Shown: positions 29,443 to 39,300 of the stretch, piece after piece
Layout of the letters: every line of letters starts with the position of its first letter
Position numbering within the stretch: position 1 is the stretch's first letter
Assembly (NCBI GenBank): GCA_964291315.2
Contig: OZ219750.1
Coordinates: forward strand, 160,001 to 224,000
Direction of reading: 5' to 3'
DNA length: 64,000 bases
Source: Candidatus Poribacteria bacterium
GTDB lineage: Bacteria > Poribacteria > WGA-4E > WGA-3G
The notes under the pieces: model-generated
Told to the model about the DNA's origin: nothing
Seen by the model: the letters and a program-made list of their open reading frames with translations, nothing else
Databases searched by the model: none
Made by a program: the position numbers and the translations under genes

Positions 29443-30153
29443 TTAGTCTAGTGTCTCCCCTACTTTTAATGTGACAATTTCCACATCCTGAGAGCCGGTT
29501 AATTTACGGAGTTCTTCAGGGGTACCCGTTAGCATGGGGAATGTTCCGTAATGGATAGGTAAAATCGCTGGCACGTCAAGCAGTTGCGCTGCGTAAGCGG
29601 CTTCACGCGGGCCCATGGTGAAATGGTCGCCAATAGGAAGCAGGGCCAGATCGGGTTGGTAGATCTCACCGATAAGCCGCATATCCGCGAACACGTTGGT
29701 GTCCCCGGCGTGGTAAATTTTGTAACCGTTTCCGAATTCAATAACGTAGCCTGCGGGTTCCCCGAGATAGACCGTTGTCCCGTCTTCTTCCGTGAAGCTG
29801 CTGCTGTGGTTCGCTGATACCATGGTTGCCTTTATGTTGCCGACTGTGACGGTGCCGCCCTTGTTCATTCCAATAGTGTTTTCGACTCCTTGTTTGCCAA
29901 GCCATTCTGCGATTTCGACGATAGAGACGACTTTGGGCGTATATATTTTGGCAAGTGGTACAGCGTCGCTAATATGATCGGCGTGTCCGTGCGTAATAAG
30001 GATAACGTCGAGGCTGTTGAAGGTTTTGAGTTCATCAGGGCAGACAGGGTTTTGAGTTACCCACGGGTCTATGAGGAGCGTTTGTCTGTCTGCTTCGATT
30101 TTAAAGGTGGAATGTCCAAGCCATGTTAGGCGAATGCCGTTGTTGAGTTTCAT
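29443..30153 (-). CDS. Metal-dependent hydrolase, metallo-beta-lactamase fold (UPF0173-like)
   Basis: WLGHS, IDPW, THGHADH, HAGDT, PIHYGTFP. Confidence 0.9.
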   Translation of the reverse strand: MKLNNGIRLTWLGHSTFKIEADRQTLLIDPWVTQNPVCPDELKTFNSLDVILITHGHADHISDAVPLAKIYTPKVVSIVEIAEWLGKQGVENTIGMNKGGTVTVGNIKATMVSANHSSSFTEEDGTTVYLGEPAGYVIEFGNGYKIYHAGDTNVFADMRLIGEIYQPDLALLPIGDHFTMGPREAAYAAQLLDVPAILPIHYGTFPMLTGTPEELRKLTGSQDVEIVTLKVGETLD

Positions 30154-31271
30154 CGTTTGTTTTCCAAGATTTCCTTTAATCTATAGGCGATAATTTCTAC
30201 TTCTGCGGGCATTAGGGTTTGAGCGTTGATAAATATGCTGTTTGTGCCTGTGCTTGCAATGTCGATAGCAGGTTCGCCAGTTCGCAGCTGCTGGAGTATT
30301 TCGTTTCGTGTGATACCGAGTTGTTGTGGATCGAAGCGGATTTGAGTGCGGGGCATTGGTTGTCCGGCTTCAGATGGGAAGTTGCGCTGTACTGTGACAC
30401 CGTGGAGGTCCTTGAATACCTCGGTATAGTAAGTAACGTGATCTTCGTAAGCTTGTTGCAATTGTTCGTGATCTTGATTTAAGTACCATTCCACTGCGGA
30501 GAATAGTCCTACCAATTCTTCTTTGCCGACCTTCATCCCCCTGCCAATGAACGGGTGTGGTGGTCCATTGAAGGCGATAGCCTCAATCAGTGATTTTCTT
30601 CCGAGGATTAACCCGCTGCTTTGCGGACCTCGTAATCCTTTTCCGCCGCTAAAGAGTGCCAAGTCTGCGCCCATTTGTGTGAAACGCCATAAATTTTCTG
30701 GTGGTGGCAGCTGTGCGGCGGCATCAACGATAAGCCGGACATCGTGTTTTTTGGCAATAGCGATGGCTTGCTCATAAGGTATCCAGAGGTGTTCTCTACT
30801 TGGATTAGCGAAGTAGAAGATTGCGGCTGTTTTCTCGGTGATAGCGTTTTCGAGTTCGTCGGGTGTTGTCCCGTTTTCATCACCAATCTCTACGAATCTG
30901 ACACCGACCTGTCGCACTGCAAAATCGTATCCGACGCGCCCATGGCGATGTACGATGACCTCACTTTTCATTGAGTCGTCGAGGTGTGGTAATTTTTCGC
31001 GCTTCGTAGCATCGAGTCCAGTGATGCAAGCAGCGGTAGTGAGTGTCAAGGCGGCAGCGGCTCCACAAGAAACATATGCTGCCTCGTTGTGGGTAAGTTT
31101 GGCGATTTCTTCACCGACCCGTTTTTGGAGTTCGAGGATGTCTACGAAGTGTTTGGAGGCATCAGCCATCGCTGCGACGACCTCGGGGGGCATAATAGAG
31201 CCACCGAGCCGAGTGAGCGTTGCGTTTCCGTTAATAACTGTGCGGACGCCGAGGCGTTTGTAGATGTTCAT
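30150..31271 (-). CDS. SelA-like PLP-dependent enzyme (DgaE/selenocysteine synthase-like family)
   Basis: VINGNATLTRLGGS, VDAAA, FSGGKGLRGPQSSG, IGRGMKVGKEE; ATG start at 31271 preferred. Confidence 0.85.
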   Translation of the reverse strand: MNIYKRLGVRTVINGNATLTRLGGSIMPPEVVAAMADASKHFVDILELQKRVGEEIAKLTHNEAAYVSCGAAAALTLTTAACITGLDATKREKLPHLDDSMKSEVIVHRHGRVGYDFAVRQVGVRFVEIGDENGTTPDELENAITEKTAAIFYFANPSREHLWIPYEQAIAIAKKHDVRLIVDAAAQLPPPENLWRFTQMGADLALFSGGKGLRGPQSSGLILGRKSLIEAIAFNGPPHPFIGRGMKVGKEELVGLFSAVEWYLNQDHEQLQQAYEDHVTYYTEVFKDLHGVTVQRNFPSEAGQPMPRTQIRFDPQQLGITRNEILQQLRTGEPAIDIASTGTNSIFINAQTLMPAEVEIIAYRLKEILENKR

Positions 31272-31381
31272 GATTATGGCAGTCAACTTTCGGTCGATTG
31301 CGTGGTTTTAACAAACGTTTTGTCTAGCGCGAGGGTTGATGACTGCGGGCGGAGTCCGCCCTCTTGATGTCCAATTGCTAT

Positions 31382-32194
31382 TTATCCGACCTCTTGGCCG
31401 TCTAATTTACCGACAGAGAGATCAATTTCGTCGCGATTTTCGATTTTGTCTACCTTACCGTCCGCCATGTGGAAGATGCGATCGGAAACATCCAACATTT
31501 TGTGGTCGTGTGTTGCTGTAATGATGGTTACCCCGTTTTCAGCGTTGAGTCGGCGGAGCAGTGCTATGATTTCTAAGCCCGTTTTGGTATCGAGGTTCCC
31601 TGTTGGTTCATCGGCGAGGACGATGGCTGGGTCGTTCGCTAGGGAACGAGCGATCGCGACGCGCTGTTGTTGTCCGCCGGAGAGTTCTAAGGGTTTGTGT
31701 TGCACACGATCACCGAGGCCAACGAGTGAAAGTAGGTCAACCCCTTTTTCTCTGCTGTCGTCGGCACTGGTACCGGCAAAGATCATCGGCAGTGAAACAT
31801 TTTCGAGTGCTGTCATGACGGGAATAAGGTTGAACGCCTGAAAGATATAACCGATTTTTCGGCAGCGGAGCCAGGCGAGTTCGTATGCATCGAGTTGTGC
31901 GATGTCTACTTCATCAATGTAGACTCTACCTTCGGTGGGTTTATCGAGTCCCCCGATCATATTAAAGAGGGTTGATTTCCCGGAACCAGATGGTCCCATG
32001 ATAGAGATGTATTCACCGCGTTGGATTTGGAAATTGACCCCGCGAAGTGCATCAACGGTTTGTGTCCCCATCTCATAGCGTTTGATAAGGTTCCGTACGC
32101 GGACTGTGTTTTCTTTCGGCAGGATGCGTTGGAACTGTTCTGGTGTTTCGGTGAGAATTGGGTTAACATCGTTTATTTCTGTGGGTATATTCAT
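31382..32194 (-). CDS. LolD/MacB-type ABC ATP-binding protein
   Basis: GPSGSGKST, IGYIFQAFNL, LSGGQQQRVAIAR, LADEPTGNLD. Confidence 0.95.
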   Translation of the reverse strand: MNIPTEINDVNPILTETPEQFQRILPKENTVRVRNLIKRYEMGTQTVDALRGVNFQIQRGEYISIMGPSGSGKSTLFNMIGGLDKPTEGRVYIDEVDIAQLDAYELAWLRCRKIGYIFQAFNLIPVMTALENVSLPMIFAGTSADDSREKGVDLLSLVGLGDRVQHKPLELSGGQQQRVAIARSLANDPAIVLADEPTGNLDTKTGLEIIALLRRLNAENGVTIITATHDHKMLDVSDRIFHMADGKVDKIENRDEIDLSVGKLDGQEVG

Positions 32195-32232
32195 TTTTCC
32201 CCTTATGAGTAGTTAGCATTATTTTTTTTCGC

Positions 32233-32700
32233 TTACCGTCTCTGTAAGAATCCAAAGATGCCCTGTTTTTTAGGTTCGGGTTCTGGTGTTACGGGTGCAT
32301 TCTGGTGGTTGTCAGGGATAGCGAACCCGATGAAATTTCGTTTGCCGAGTTGCTGCATAAACGTAAAGAGGGATGTTTCTGCTTCTTTTCGAGTGAGTTG
32401 GTACTGATTTTGGACTCCTTTGATAATCTGTGAAATGGTATGCTTACCATCACACATTTTCCAGACGTAAGTTCCGATAGAATCCAGCACGATGACTCTT
32501 TTATTAGGGAGCATGAAGAATTTGCTAGCAAGTCGTACCCAAAGTTTGTCTTTCTGTGGAACGACAAGTGAGGCTTCTCCTTTGTCATCTATTTCCCATG
32601 TAATCAATTGATTTCGCACCGGAAACGATTTCATAACCTGTGTGCGGTCTACATCAGGGCGTTTCTTAAGCTTGAGGGTGTATAGGAGCTTGTTGATCAT
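32233..32700 (-). CDS. PqqD family / RiPP-recognition-element-like protein
   Basis: LDSIGTYVWKMCDGKHTISQII...EAETSLFTFMQQLGKRNFI winged-helix pattern. Confidence 0.75.
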   Translation of the reverse strand: MINKLLYTLKLKKRPDVDRTQVMKSFPVRNQLITWEIDDKGEASLVVPQKDKLWVRLASKFFMLPNKRVIVLDSIGTYVWKMCDGKHTISQIIKGVQNQYQLTRKEAETSLFTFMQQLGKRNFIGFAIPDNHQNAPVTPEPEPKKQGIFGFLQRR

Positions 32701-32749
32701 TTCATTCGTTATGGGTTATTTTATCTGACGGTTATGATGATAATAAGCA

Positions 32750-33790
32750 TTAATGGCATTCGATGCTCTCGGCGACTTTTTGTACAGTTGGATATGCATC
32801 GATATTACTGATGGACTGAATAACATAGATACGATTAGAATGGTTGCATCGCCATAGATGAAAGACAAGTGTTGTCCGTTTAGACAGTTTGTCAAGCACT
32901 AACACCGGTGTAAGCGGAACACTATCATAGAGTCGTGTCTGTTGTCCACTAAGGGTGAGGTGTTCATCTCCTGTGTCTGTGTGTGATTCTACTTTGAATC
33001 CGTAGCCGCGAATAGCTTTCGCATATTTGGCTCGGAACCATGCTTCAAGCGGATTTGGAGCTTCTTGATAGTCATTGAGCATCACCTCTGCGGGTCCGTA
33101 TCGTTCGACGCTGAGACTGCCTTTGTCAGGTAGCCGGGTCTGCTTGTTTTGAGTTTGAGATGCCGCGTTGTTCTGTAGCCGGTTACTTGTCGATTTAGCA
33201 AGTTGCATAACCCTTTGAAAATGTTCTTTTTTTGCAACGAAGGCAAATAGGAGATAACCGCTGAGCAGTTTTTGGCGTTCCAATTTATATTCTCTGGGGA
33301 CGCTGAGTTTAAGTCCATAAGCACTCCAGAGCGTTTGTGGTGTGCCGGTGTTGTCTGTAATTGACTGAAAGATTCGTAGGACTGTGGGTCGCCAGTTCTC
33401 TTTGAGCCGTCCCATTACTTGTACAATTGTAATCCGTTTTCCGGCATGGAAGATCAATCCGTTGGCCCGAATGCTGCCCTTCCAACTAAAACCGAGGACG
33501 GTGCGTCCTTCGAAGAACATCGGGTCTTTGATGAGGTTAACATTCCGCCGAAAGGAGAGCTCGGTGCCTTTCTTGTAGGTTTTGCGAATCAGCTTGAAGT
33601 ATTCGTCAAGTGTTGCATGAAGGTCCGGTTTTTTACGTCGGGTGTTTGCCCATTTGAGTTCAAGACGCGGCATATCTCCATCGTCGAGTCGCAGGTAACC
33701 TGTTTTCTGATCTCCGCTGAGTCCGCTGAGTTCCCATGTTGTTGGGATTTCGAGTTGTATGCCTGCCCAGCCAAAAACAGTCCAATCCAT
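32750..33790 (-). CDS. Hypothetical protein of the giant-permease operon
   Basis: 346-aa ORF co-oriented in the operon; two similar halves (FGWAGIQLEIPTTWEL / WSAYGLKLSVPREYKL). Confidence 0.75.
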   Translation of the reverse strand: MDWTVFGWAGIQLEIPTTWELSGLSGDQKTGYLRLDDGDMPRLELKWANTRRKKPDLHATLDEYFKLIRKTYKKGTELSFRRNVNLIKDPMFFEGRTVLGFSWKGSIRANGLIFHAGKRITIVQVMGRLKENWRPTVLRIFQSITDNTGTPQTLWSAYGLKLSVPREYKLERQKLLSGYLLFAFVAKKEHFQRVMQLAKSTSNRLQNNAASQTQNKQTRLPDKGSLSVERYGPAEVMLNDYQEAPNPLEAWFRAKYAKAIRGYGFKVESHTDTGDEHLTLSGQQTRLYDSVPLTPVLVLDKLSKRTTLVFHLWRCNHSNRIYVIQSISNIDAYPTVQKVAESIECH

Positions 33791-33912
33791 TTTTTATTGG
33801 CGGTCGGCGATTAAAGGTTAGCGATTGGAAACCAATCTCTAACCCATAATTGCTGACTGTTAACCCCTATTTGTCATTTCTCTGACTGTTGACTGTTGAC
33901 CGCTGATAACTG

Positions 33913-35901
33913 TTAAAACGGTTTCACAATGACGGCTTTGGAAACAAGAGCAATTGCGACGGTTCCCATGCCTATGAGACCGACTCCACAGGCGAATCCT
34001 GCTGCAAGCACTGGATTAAACATGTACCAGCGCCGCATTCCGAATCTTTTGATCATATAGAACCGCCCGATGATTGCGCCGAGGAGCCGTGTAATCATAC
34101 TTCCTGGGTCTCCTCCGATACCGCCAACGATGCCGTAGTACCACATTGAAGGCAGTTTGAAGATCCAAAGCATACCGTAGATTGCCAGGCTTGAAGTGAG
34201 TCCAGCGGCAACATAGTCCCCGCGAATGGCTTGGAGCATTTCGCTATTCCCGTCTCGGAGAGATGTTTTCAGGAGACATTCGTTTGTGGCATTAATCGGC
34301 CACATCATCTGGGCAAATGGGTACTGTGCACTGGGAATGGGCGCTATTTTCCAGATAAAGTGGAGTACCACAATACCACTGACGAGCAAGATCGGCATTA
34401 TCAAGAGTGTGCCTGCAAGATTTGAGGTAAAGGTTGTCCCGGTCAGTTCGAGGACTCGCCATCCCTGTGTGCCTCGTCCATAATCCTCGTCCGGTAGTGG
34501 TGCAAACCAGATATCTACCTCTTCGTAGCGACTCAAAATAAACGTAATTTCGTGTAGGTAAGGTAGTTCAAAGAGGTCCCGTCCCAAGACACCGAAGGTC
34601 CGTGCAGTGATATATGAATTAATCGGTGTGTAGAGGAAAGCATAGCCGATCAGGAAGCTGATTGGGAAATTTGGAACCATCCAGTGAATAAGCCACACAA
34701 AGCCGCCCATCCCGAGGAGCCACATTAATCCCATTAACCAGATTGGAAAATCGCCGCGGTTTGGAGGGGTCGCGAGGGAACCTCGTTGACCTGCTTTTTT
34801 CTGAGTTTTCCGTAGTTTAACGACCATGGGAATTGAAGCGGCGAGTCCAACAAGCGCGAGGCTAAAGGATTTACCCATGCCATAACTAATCCAGAAGTCC
34901 AGGTTGTTGAACAAGGTGACGCCGCGGACATCCAACCCGGGTGTCCACTGGTTAAGGATCTCATAGCGGTATAAGATTTGCGGGTTCAAGATAAATTGAG
35001 ATGCCATTGCGGTGAGGAACTCTGTCATAACGACTGGGAACGGCAGCACGAACCCAATGAGCATCTGTCCAAAGTCAGTTCGGAAAGCGAAGACACCTGT
35101 TGGTGCGAAACCTTCAATACTTTGCGTGAAGTCTATCCACGGAATTTTCAGGATTTGGATGGGTTGGCTCATCATAACCCCAGTTAGTGAAGGCACCCCG
35201 ATATAGAGAAAGCCCCAGATTAATCCTGCCATAGAGCCGATGGAGAAGACTCGCCATCGCCATGTTTCTTCTTTCCCGGTGGTTTCTGCTAGTGCGGTTG
35301 CTCCCTGGGCGGCAATTGGGGCCATCGGGTATGGGAGTCGCTCTAGGTCAGCCGTGAGGCGAAATAAGATATATTGCCCGCTGACAAACCGCAAGGTGCC
35401 GAGCAGCTTCCCGGCGAGGTAGACGGCGATAGGCAGCAACCAGTCTGGATGCAACAGGCTTCGAGTGAGCACCCCGACGGAATCTCCTGCTGGCACGATC
35501 CATTCCGGGATTTTGTCTGCGATCTCATAAGAAGCGGCTTGTGGTGTATTGACAAAGTAGGCGTACCAGATAAAGTTCCGGTATTGTAGCCCGCTGCCGA
35601 CAGCCGCTCCTGTTAAGGAGAGGAGCATATAGAGCTCCTGCCGTCTTGCTGTTGTAAAGGAGCGCCGCGCGAGTTCGGTAAATAGAATAACGGCCACCCA
35701 AGGTGCTGCTTCAGCACCGGATTGACCGGATACGTAACTGAGATAAATGGCGCCTGGCATCATCAGCAAGCCAACGAAGAGTGCTCCGAGGAACACCTTG
35801 ACCGTTAAGCCCGACTCGAAGGTACGGATACCTCCTTCAATATCGTATCTTTGTGCCCAAGCTTGCCACTCATCTGCTTGTGATACTCTTTCTCTCGCCA
35901 A
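33913..35901 (-). CDS. OPT-like polytopic membrane protein (putative peptide transporter)
   Basis: Many TM segments; GLTVKVFLGALFVG and ERLPYPMAP resemble OPT family motifs; AGGAG RBS. Confidence 0.65.
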   Translation of the reverse strand: MARERVSQADEWQAWAQRYDIEGGIRTFESGLTVKVFLGALFVGLLMMPGAIYLSYVSGQSGAEAAPWVAVILFTELARRSFTTARRQELYMLLSLTGAAVGSGLQYRNFIWYAYFVNTPQAASYEIADKIPEWIVPAGDSVGVLTRSLLHPDWLLPIAVYLAGKLLGTLRFVSGQYILFRLTADLERLPYPMAPIAAQGATALAETTGKEETWRWRVFSIGSMAGLIWGFLYIGVPSLTGVMMSQPIQILKIPWIDFTQSIEGFAPTGVFAFRTDFGQMLIGFVLPFPVVMTEFLTAMASQFILNPQILYRYEILNQWTPGLDVRGVTLFNNLDFWISYGMGKSFSLALVGLAASIPMVVKLRKTQKKAGQRGSLATPPNRGDFPIWLMGLMWLLGMGGFVWLIHWMVPNFPISFLIGYAFLYTPINSYITARTFGVLGRDLFELPYLHEITFILSRYEEVDIWFAPLPDEDYGRGTQGWRVLELTGTTFTSNLAGTLLIMPILLVSGIVVLHFIWKIAPIPSAQYPFAQMMWPINATNECLLKTSLRDGNSEMLQAIRGDYVAAGLTSSLAIYGMLWIFKLPSMWYYGIVGGIGGDPGSMITRLLGAIIGRFYMIKRFGMRRWYMFNPVLAAGFACGVGLIGMGTVAIALVSKAVIVKPF

Positions 35902-36001
35902 ATTGAATGTTCTCCTTTTATTCGTTATCGGTTGTTGGTAAGAGATATTTCTTTTTGGGAACCAACAACTGATGCCCGATAACTAATTCTTCTTGTCGTC
36001 T

Positions 36002-36178
36002 TCACTCTTCAGAGCCATCGGTATCTCGTAATTCTTCCCAGAAGTGTGCGGTGAAGATGCCAATTGTCAACACGAGTGCTGAGAGCATTTGCCACTGCCA
36101 CCGTCCTTCGAGAACGAGAATACTGAACAGCCATAAGAGGGTGCCAATAATGATGATAAAACCTGCTAATTTTTCCAT
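36002..36178 (-). CDS. 58-aa two-TM membrane peptide (below the ORF track cutoff)
   Basis: Manual translation MEKLAGFIIIIGTLLWLFSILVLEGRWQWQMLSALVLTIGIFTAHFWEELRDTDGSEE; fills the operon gap on the same strand. Confidence 0.6.
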   Translation of the reverse strand: MEKLAGFIIIIGTLLWLFSILVLEGRWQWQMLSALVLTIGIFTAHFWEELRDTDGSEE

Positions 36179-36305
36179 TTCTTATCGCTTTCGGTTCCTG
36201 AAGCGTTCGGCTGTGCTTCATTCGCAGCGTTTGGCAACCTGTCTGTATGTGTTGCGATACGATCTGCTGACAGCTGAAAGCGGGGTTCCGAGTGCTATTC
36301 CTCCT

Positions 36306-39300
36306 TTAATCTGCGGGTGCTAGGATGGGGTCGAGCTGTTCTGTTGCTGGTGCGTCGGTTCCTTCCGTTCTACCGCGTTCATGGAATTCTGCCCGGATAT
36401 CAACACTGAATGTCCGCCAAATTAGAAGTTGTTTCCGCAGTAGGTTGAGGAAACGTCGGTTTACACGTTTCCAAGAGGCGATCTCGCCACTCTCGCGATG
36501 CACATCGAGTGTAATTTTATAGAGGTCTTCCTCTTCGCCGCCTACAGGGGATGTAACGAATTGTATGGACTGGCTTACCCCTAAGTCATACGGTGCTAAC
36601 CATACCATCATGCCAATCTGGTAGGCATCTTCGCCTTCGGATTCTATAGTACTGAATGCGACCTGGTCGGTATAGAAATCGCTAGCGGACTCGTCTGAGT
36701 GTGCCTCGAAATAGTCGCGCATAAACACATTCAAACCGAGTGCTTCCTCTTCAAGGACGGTGAATGGGAGATTGAAATGCCATACATCCCCTTCGGGTTC
36801 TGGGAGTTTCCATTTGCGTTCGATGTCGGGTACCGCCATGCGTGAAGCCTTGAATGCCGGATACATGGTACTGAGTAAGACGACGAGCATGACGATAATT
36901 GTTGCGACGACAGTTGACATTGAGGAATAGTTGAGTGTTAATCCGGCAAGCCATCCGAAGCTTACGAGCGTTGTTGCGATTGCTTGCCCCATGAGGTAGC
37001 CTAGAACGGCCCCGACGATAGCATATACGCATGCCTCAGCAAAGAATAGGAAGGCGATGTGTATCGGGGCGAGTCCGACAGAGCTGTAGATACTGATCTC
37101 TCGAACACGTTCATAGACTGCGCCAAGCATCGTGTTGAGAACGATAAGTGCAGCGATGAGAATCGGAACGAATAGGTTACCCATGCCGCTGAAACTCGTC
37201 ATCCCGATACTGCTGTAAAGATATGTGTCTTTATCCCGTCCTACGAAGAAGTCGAGAGCGATCCGGTTCATGAGCGGTGCCATGATGAGGTCTAACTTAT
37301 CAATGGCGCTTAACAACTTCGGGTCATTTTCTTGTGGTTCCATGTTAACAGCGACGCTTCGGAGGGTGCCGCCTTGGTTCATAACCACATCATATGGAAG
37401 AATAGCGACGCTGTCCGGCGTGAGGTGGAGATATTTCTGTAATTCACCTTCGAGTGTTTCATCGCCGGTTGCCCCCCGGCTGCGTTGTTGTTGCATCAAC
37501 TGATAATCAACAGGCGTTAGTTCTTCGCCATCATTGTCTGTGAGGTCCTTGAAACCGATGCCGAGGACACCGACAACGGTGAAGTCTGCGCCGTAGACGG
37601 AGACAGTTGCTTTTCCCATGTCACTTTCCGTGATTTTCAGTAGTTCTGCCATTCCTTTGGGTAGCACGATAGCGTAGGGCCATTCTGTTGGCCAGTTCTG
37701 GGCATCTGCGGGCTCGAACCATTTTCCGTACTGCAGGTATCTGTTGATACTACTGACCTCGGGTTCTGCTTCGCTCATTCCGACTAGCATATTTGCTGCA
37801 AAAGTTAGTGCTTCCCCTGTGAGTGCATGTGTTGGTGGTGCTGGGTCTGCGGAATTTGCTGTCCGTGTAAGTTGAACGAAGGATTGGTCTCCAGTACCTG
37901 AAGATTGATACCATGCGCGTGGTGCGATGGAATTCCGAACGATTACGACGGCTTCCTCATCTACCTGTTCAATGAAGCCGCCTTGTTCTAAGGCTGCTCG
38001 GGTTTCTGCAATATCAACGGGCTGTTGTCCGTCCTTGATAAGGCGTTCATTTTTCCGTTCTAGGAGGCGTTCGAAGGCGGTAACGGTGATTTGCGTCTTT
38101 TGCAGGTCGTTCAATACGGAGGTAAGCACAGGTTCCTCTAGGGGTCGCCAGTATTGATCTCGTATGAGGAGACCTGTGTAGCGAGGGGTTACCTGCGGGA
38201 GGCTTGTTCTATTCGGATGCATAAACGTTCGAACAGAAGTAAAGGAAATGACAGTAAACGTGAGGATAACCAATGTACAGCAAGTTAGGATTGTTCTTCC
38301 TTTCCGTTTTCGCATGTTGGAAATTCCAAGGCTGAAGGCTGCAGCACTTGCGCTCAGTCTACCAACGTCTGCTTTGTAGACTTTGCTGCCCTCCTGTCGA
38401 ATCTTTTCGAGTTGTTCCTCGAATTTTCGGACAATGATAAAGATAACAATAACCGTCAAAGCAAGCACAACGAACGCTATTAGGATAATTACCGGGGTTG
38501 TTGTAATCTGGAATGCCGGATGGACCTGGCTTAGGAAGAAAAACACGAGTAAAAAGATTCCAAATGAGCCTAGAATCTGTTTATGGATGTTAGGGAAACC
38601 GAAGATGAGGCGTTCCATGAAGTAAGCAAAAGGCATCAACAAGGCGAGGTAGAACATTACACCGTTGACAACATCGTTGCCGGTCTGTTTGACATCGGGG
38701 TATGCGCGTGATTCGTAGCCCCAGGCGGCGCGTGCAAGTTTGAGTGCTTGCTGGTAATCATTTTGTAATAGCTCAGTCTCTGCGCGTGCGAGATAATCAT
38801 TCGCGAACTGGTGGAGTTTGTCTAGGCGGTCACTAGAGATACCGAAACGTTTATAGAGTTGTGATCGGTTTTCATCGAGCCACCACATGTCGCGAACGAC
38901 GACATAAGGCGTGAGGCGGATTCGTCCGTTCTCACGGACGACAAATCCTTCGCCGGTGTAAAGCGTTGGGTTTTTCATACCGCTCTTCGTGGCTTTAATA
39001 AGTAAGAGGCGTTTACCGATTTGTCCGTAAGCCATTCCGACTTTAATCCGGGTATTTGGTTCGCTATAAACGAGGGCAATTGGTTCGGCTGCTGAGACTC
39101 CTTCCTGCTGCCACGGTTTTGACATTCCAAATTTCTCTGGTGCACTATCGGTGAGGGCATCATAAATTTCAAGTTCGCGAAGAGTTCTCAAATACCGCTG
39201 ATCCACCAGATCATAGATAGTTGTGGAGACACATGGGAATGTGACGACCCTACAACCGCGTCTGCGCGTGTTGATTGGGATTTGGTTAGGGAGCAGTTTC

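Noticed and set aside
30150-31271. Calling this gene selA
   Set aside because: It is shorter than true SelA, lacks its N-terminal domain and has no selB/selD/tRNA-Sec nearby; it fits the SelA-like/DgaE group
32233-32700. PQQ or classical RiPP biosynthesis cluster
   Set aside because: No pqqBCE, radical SAM, YcaO, lanthipeptide or lasso cyclase gene is in the window
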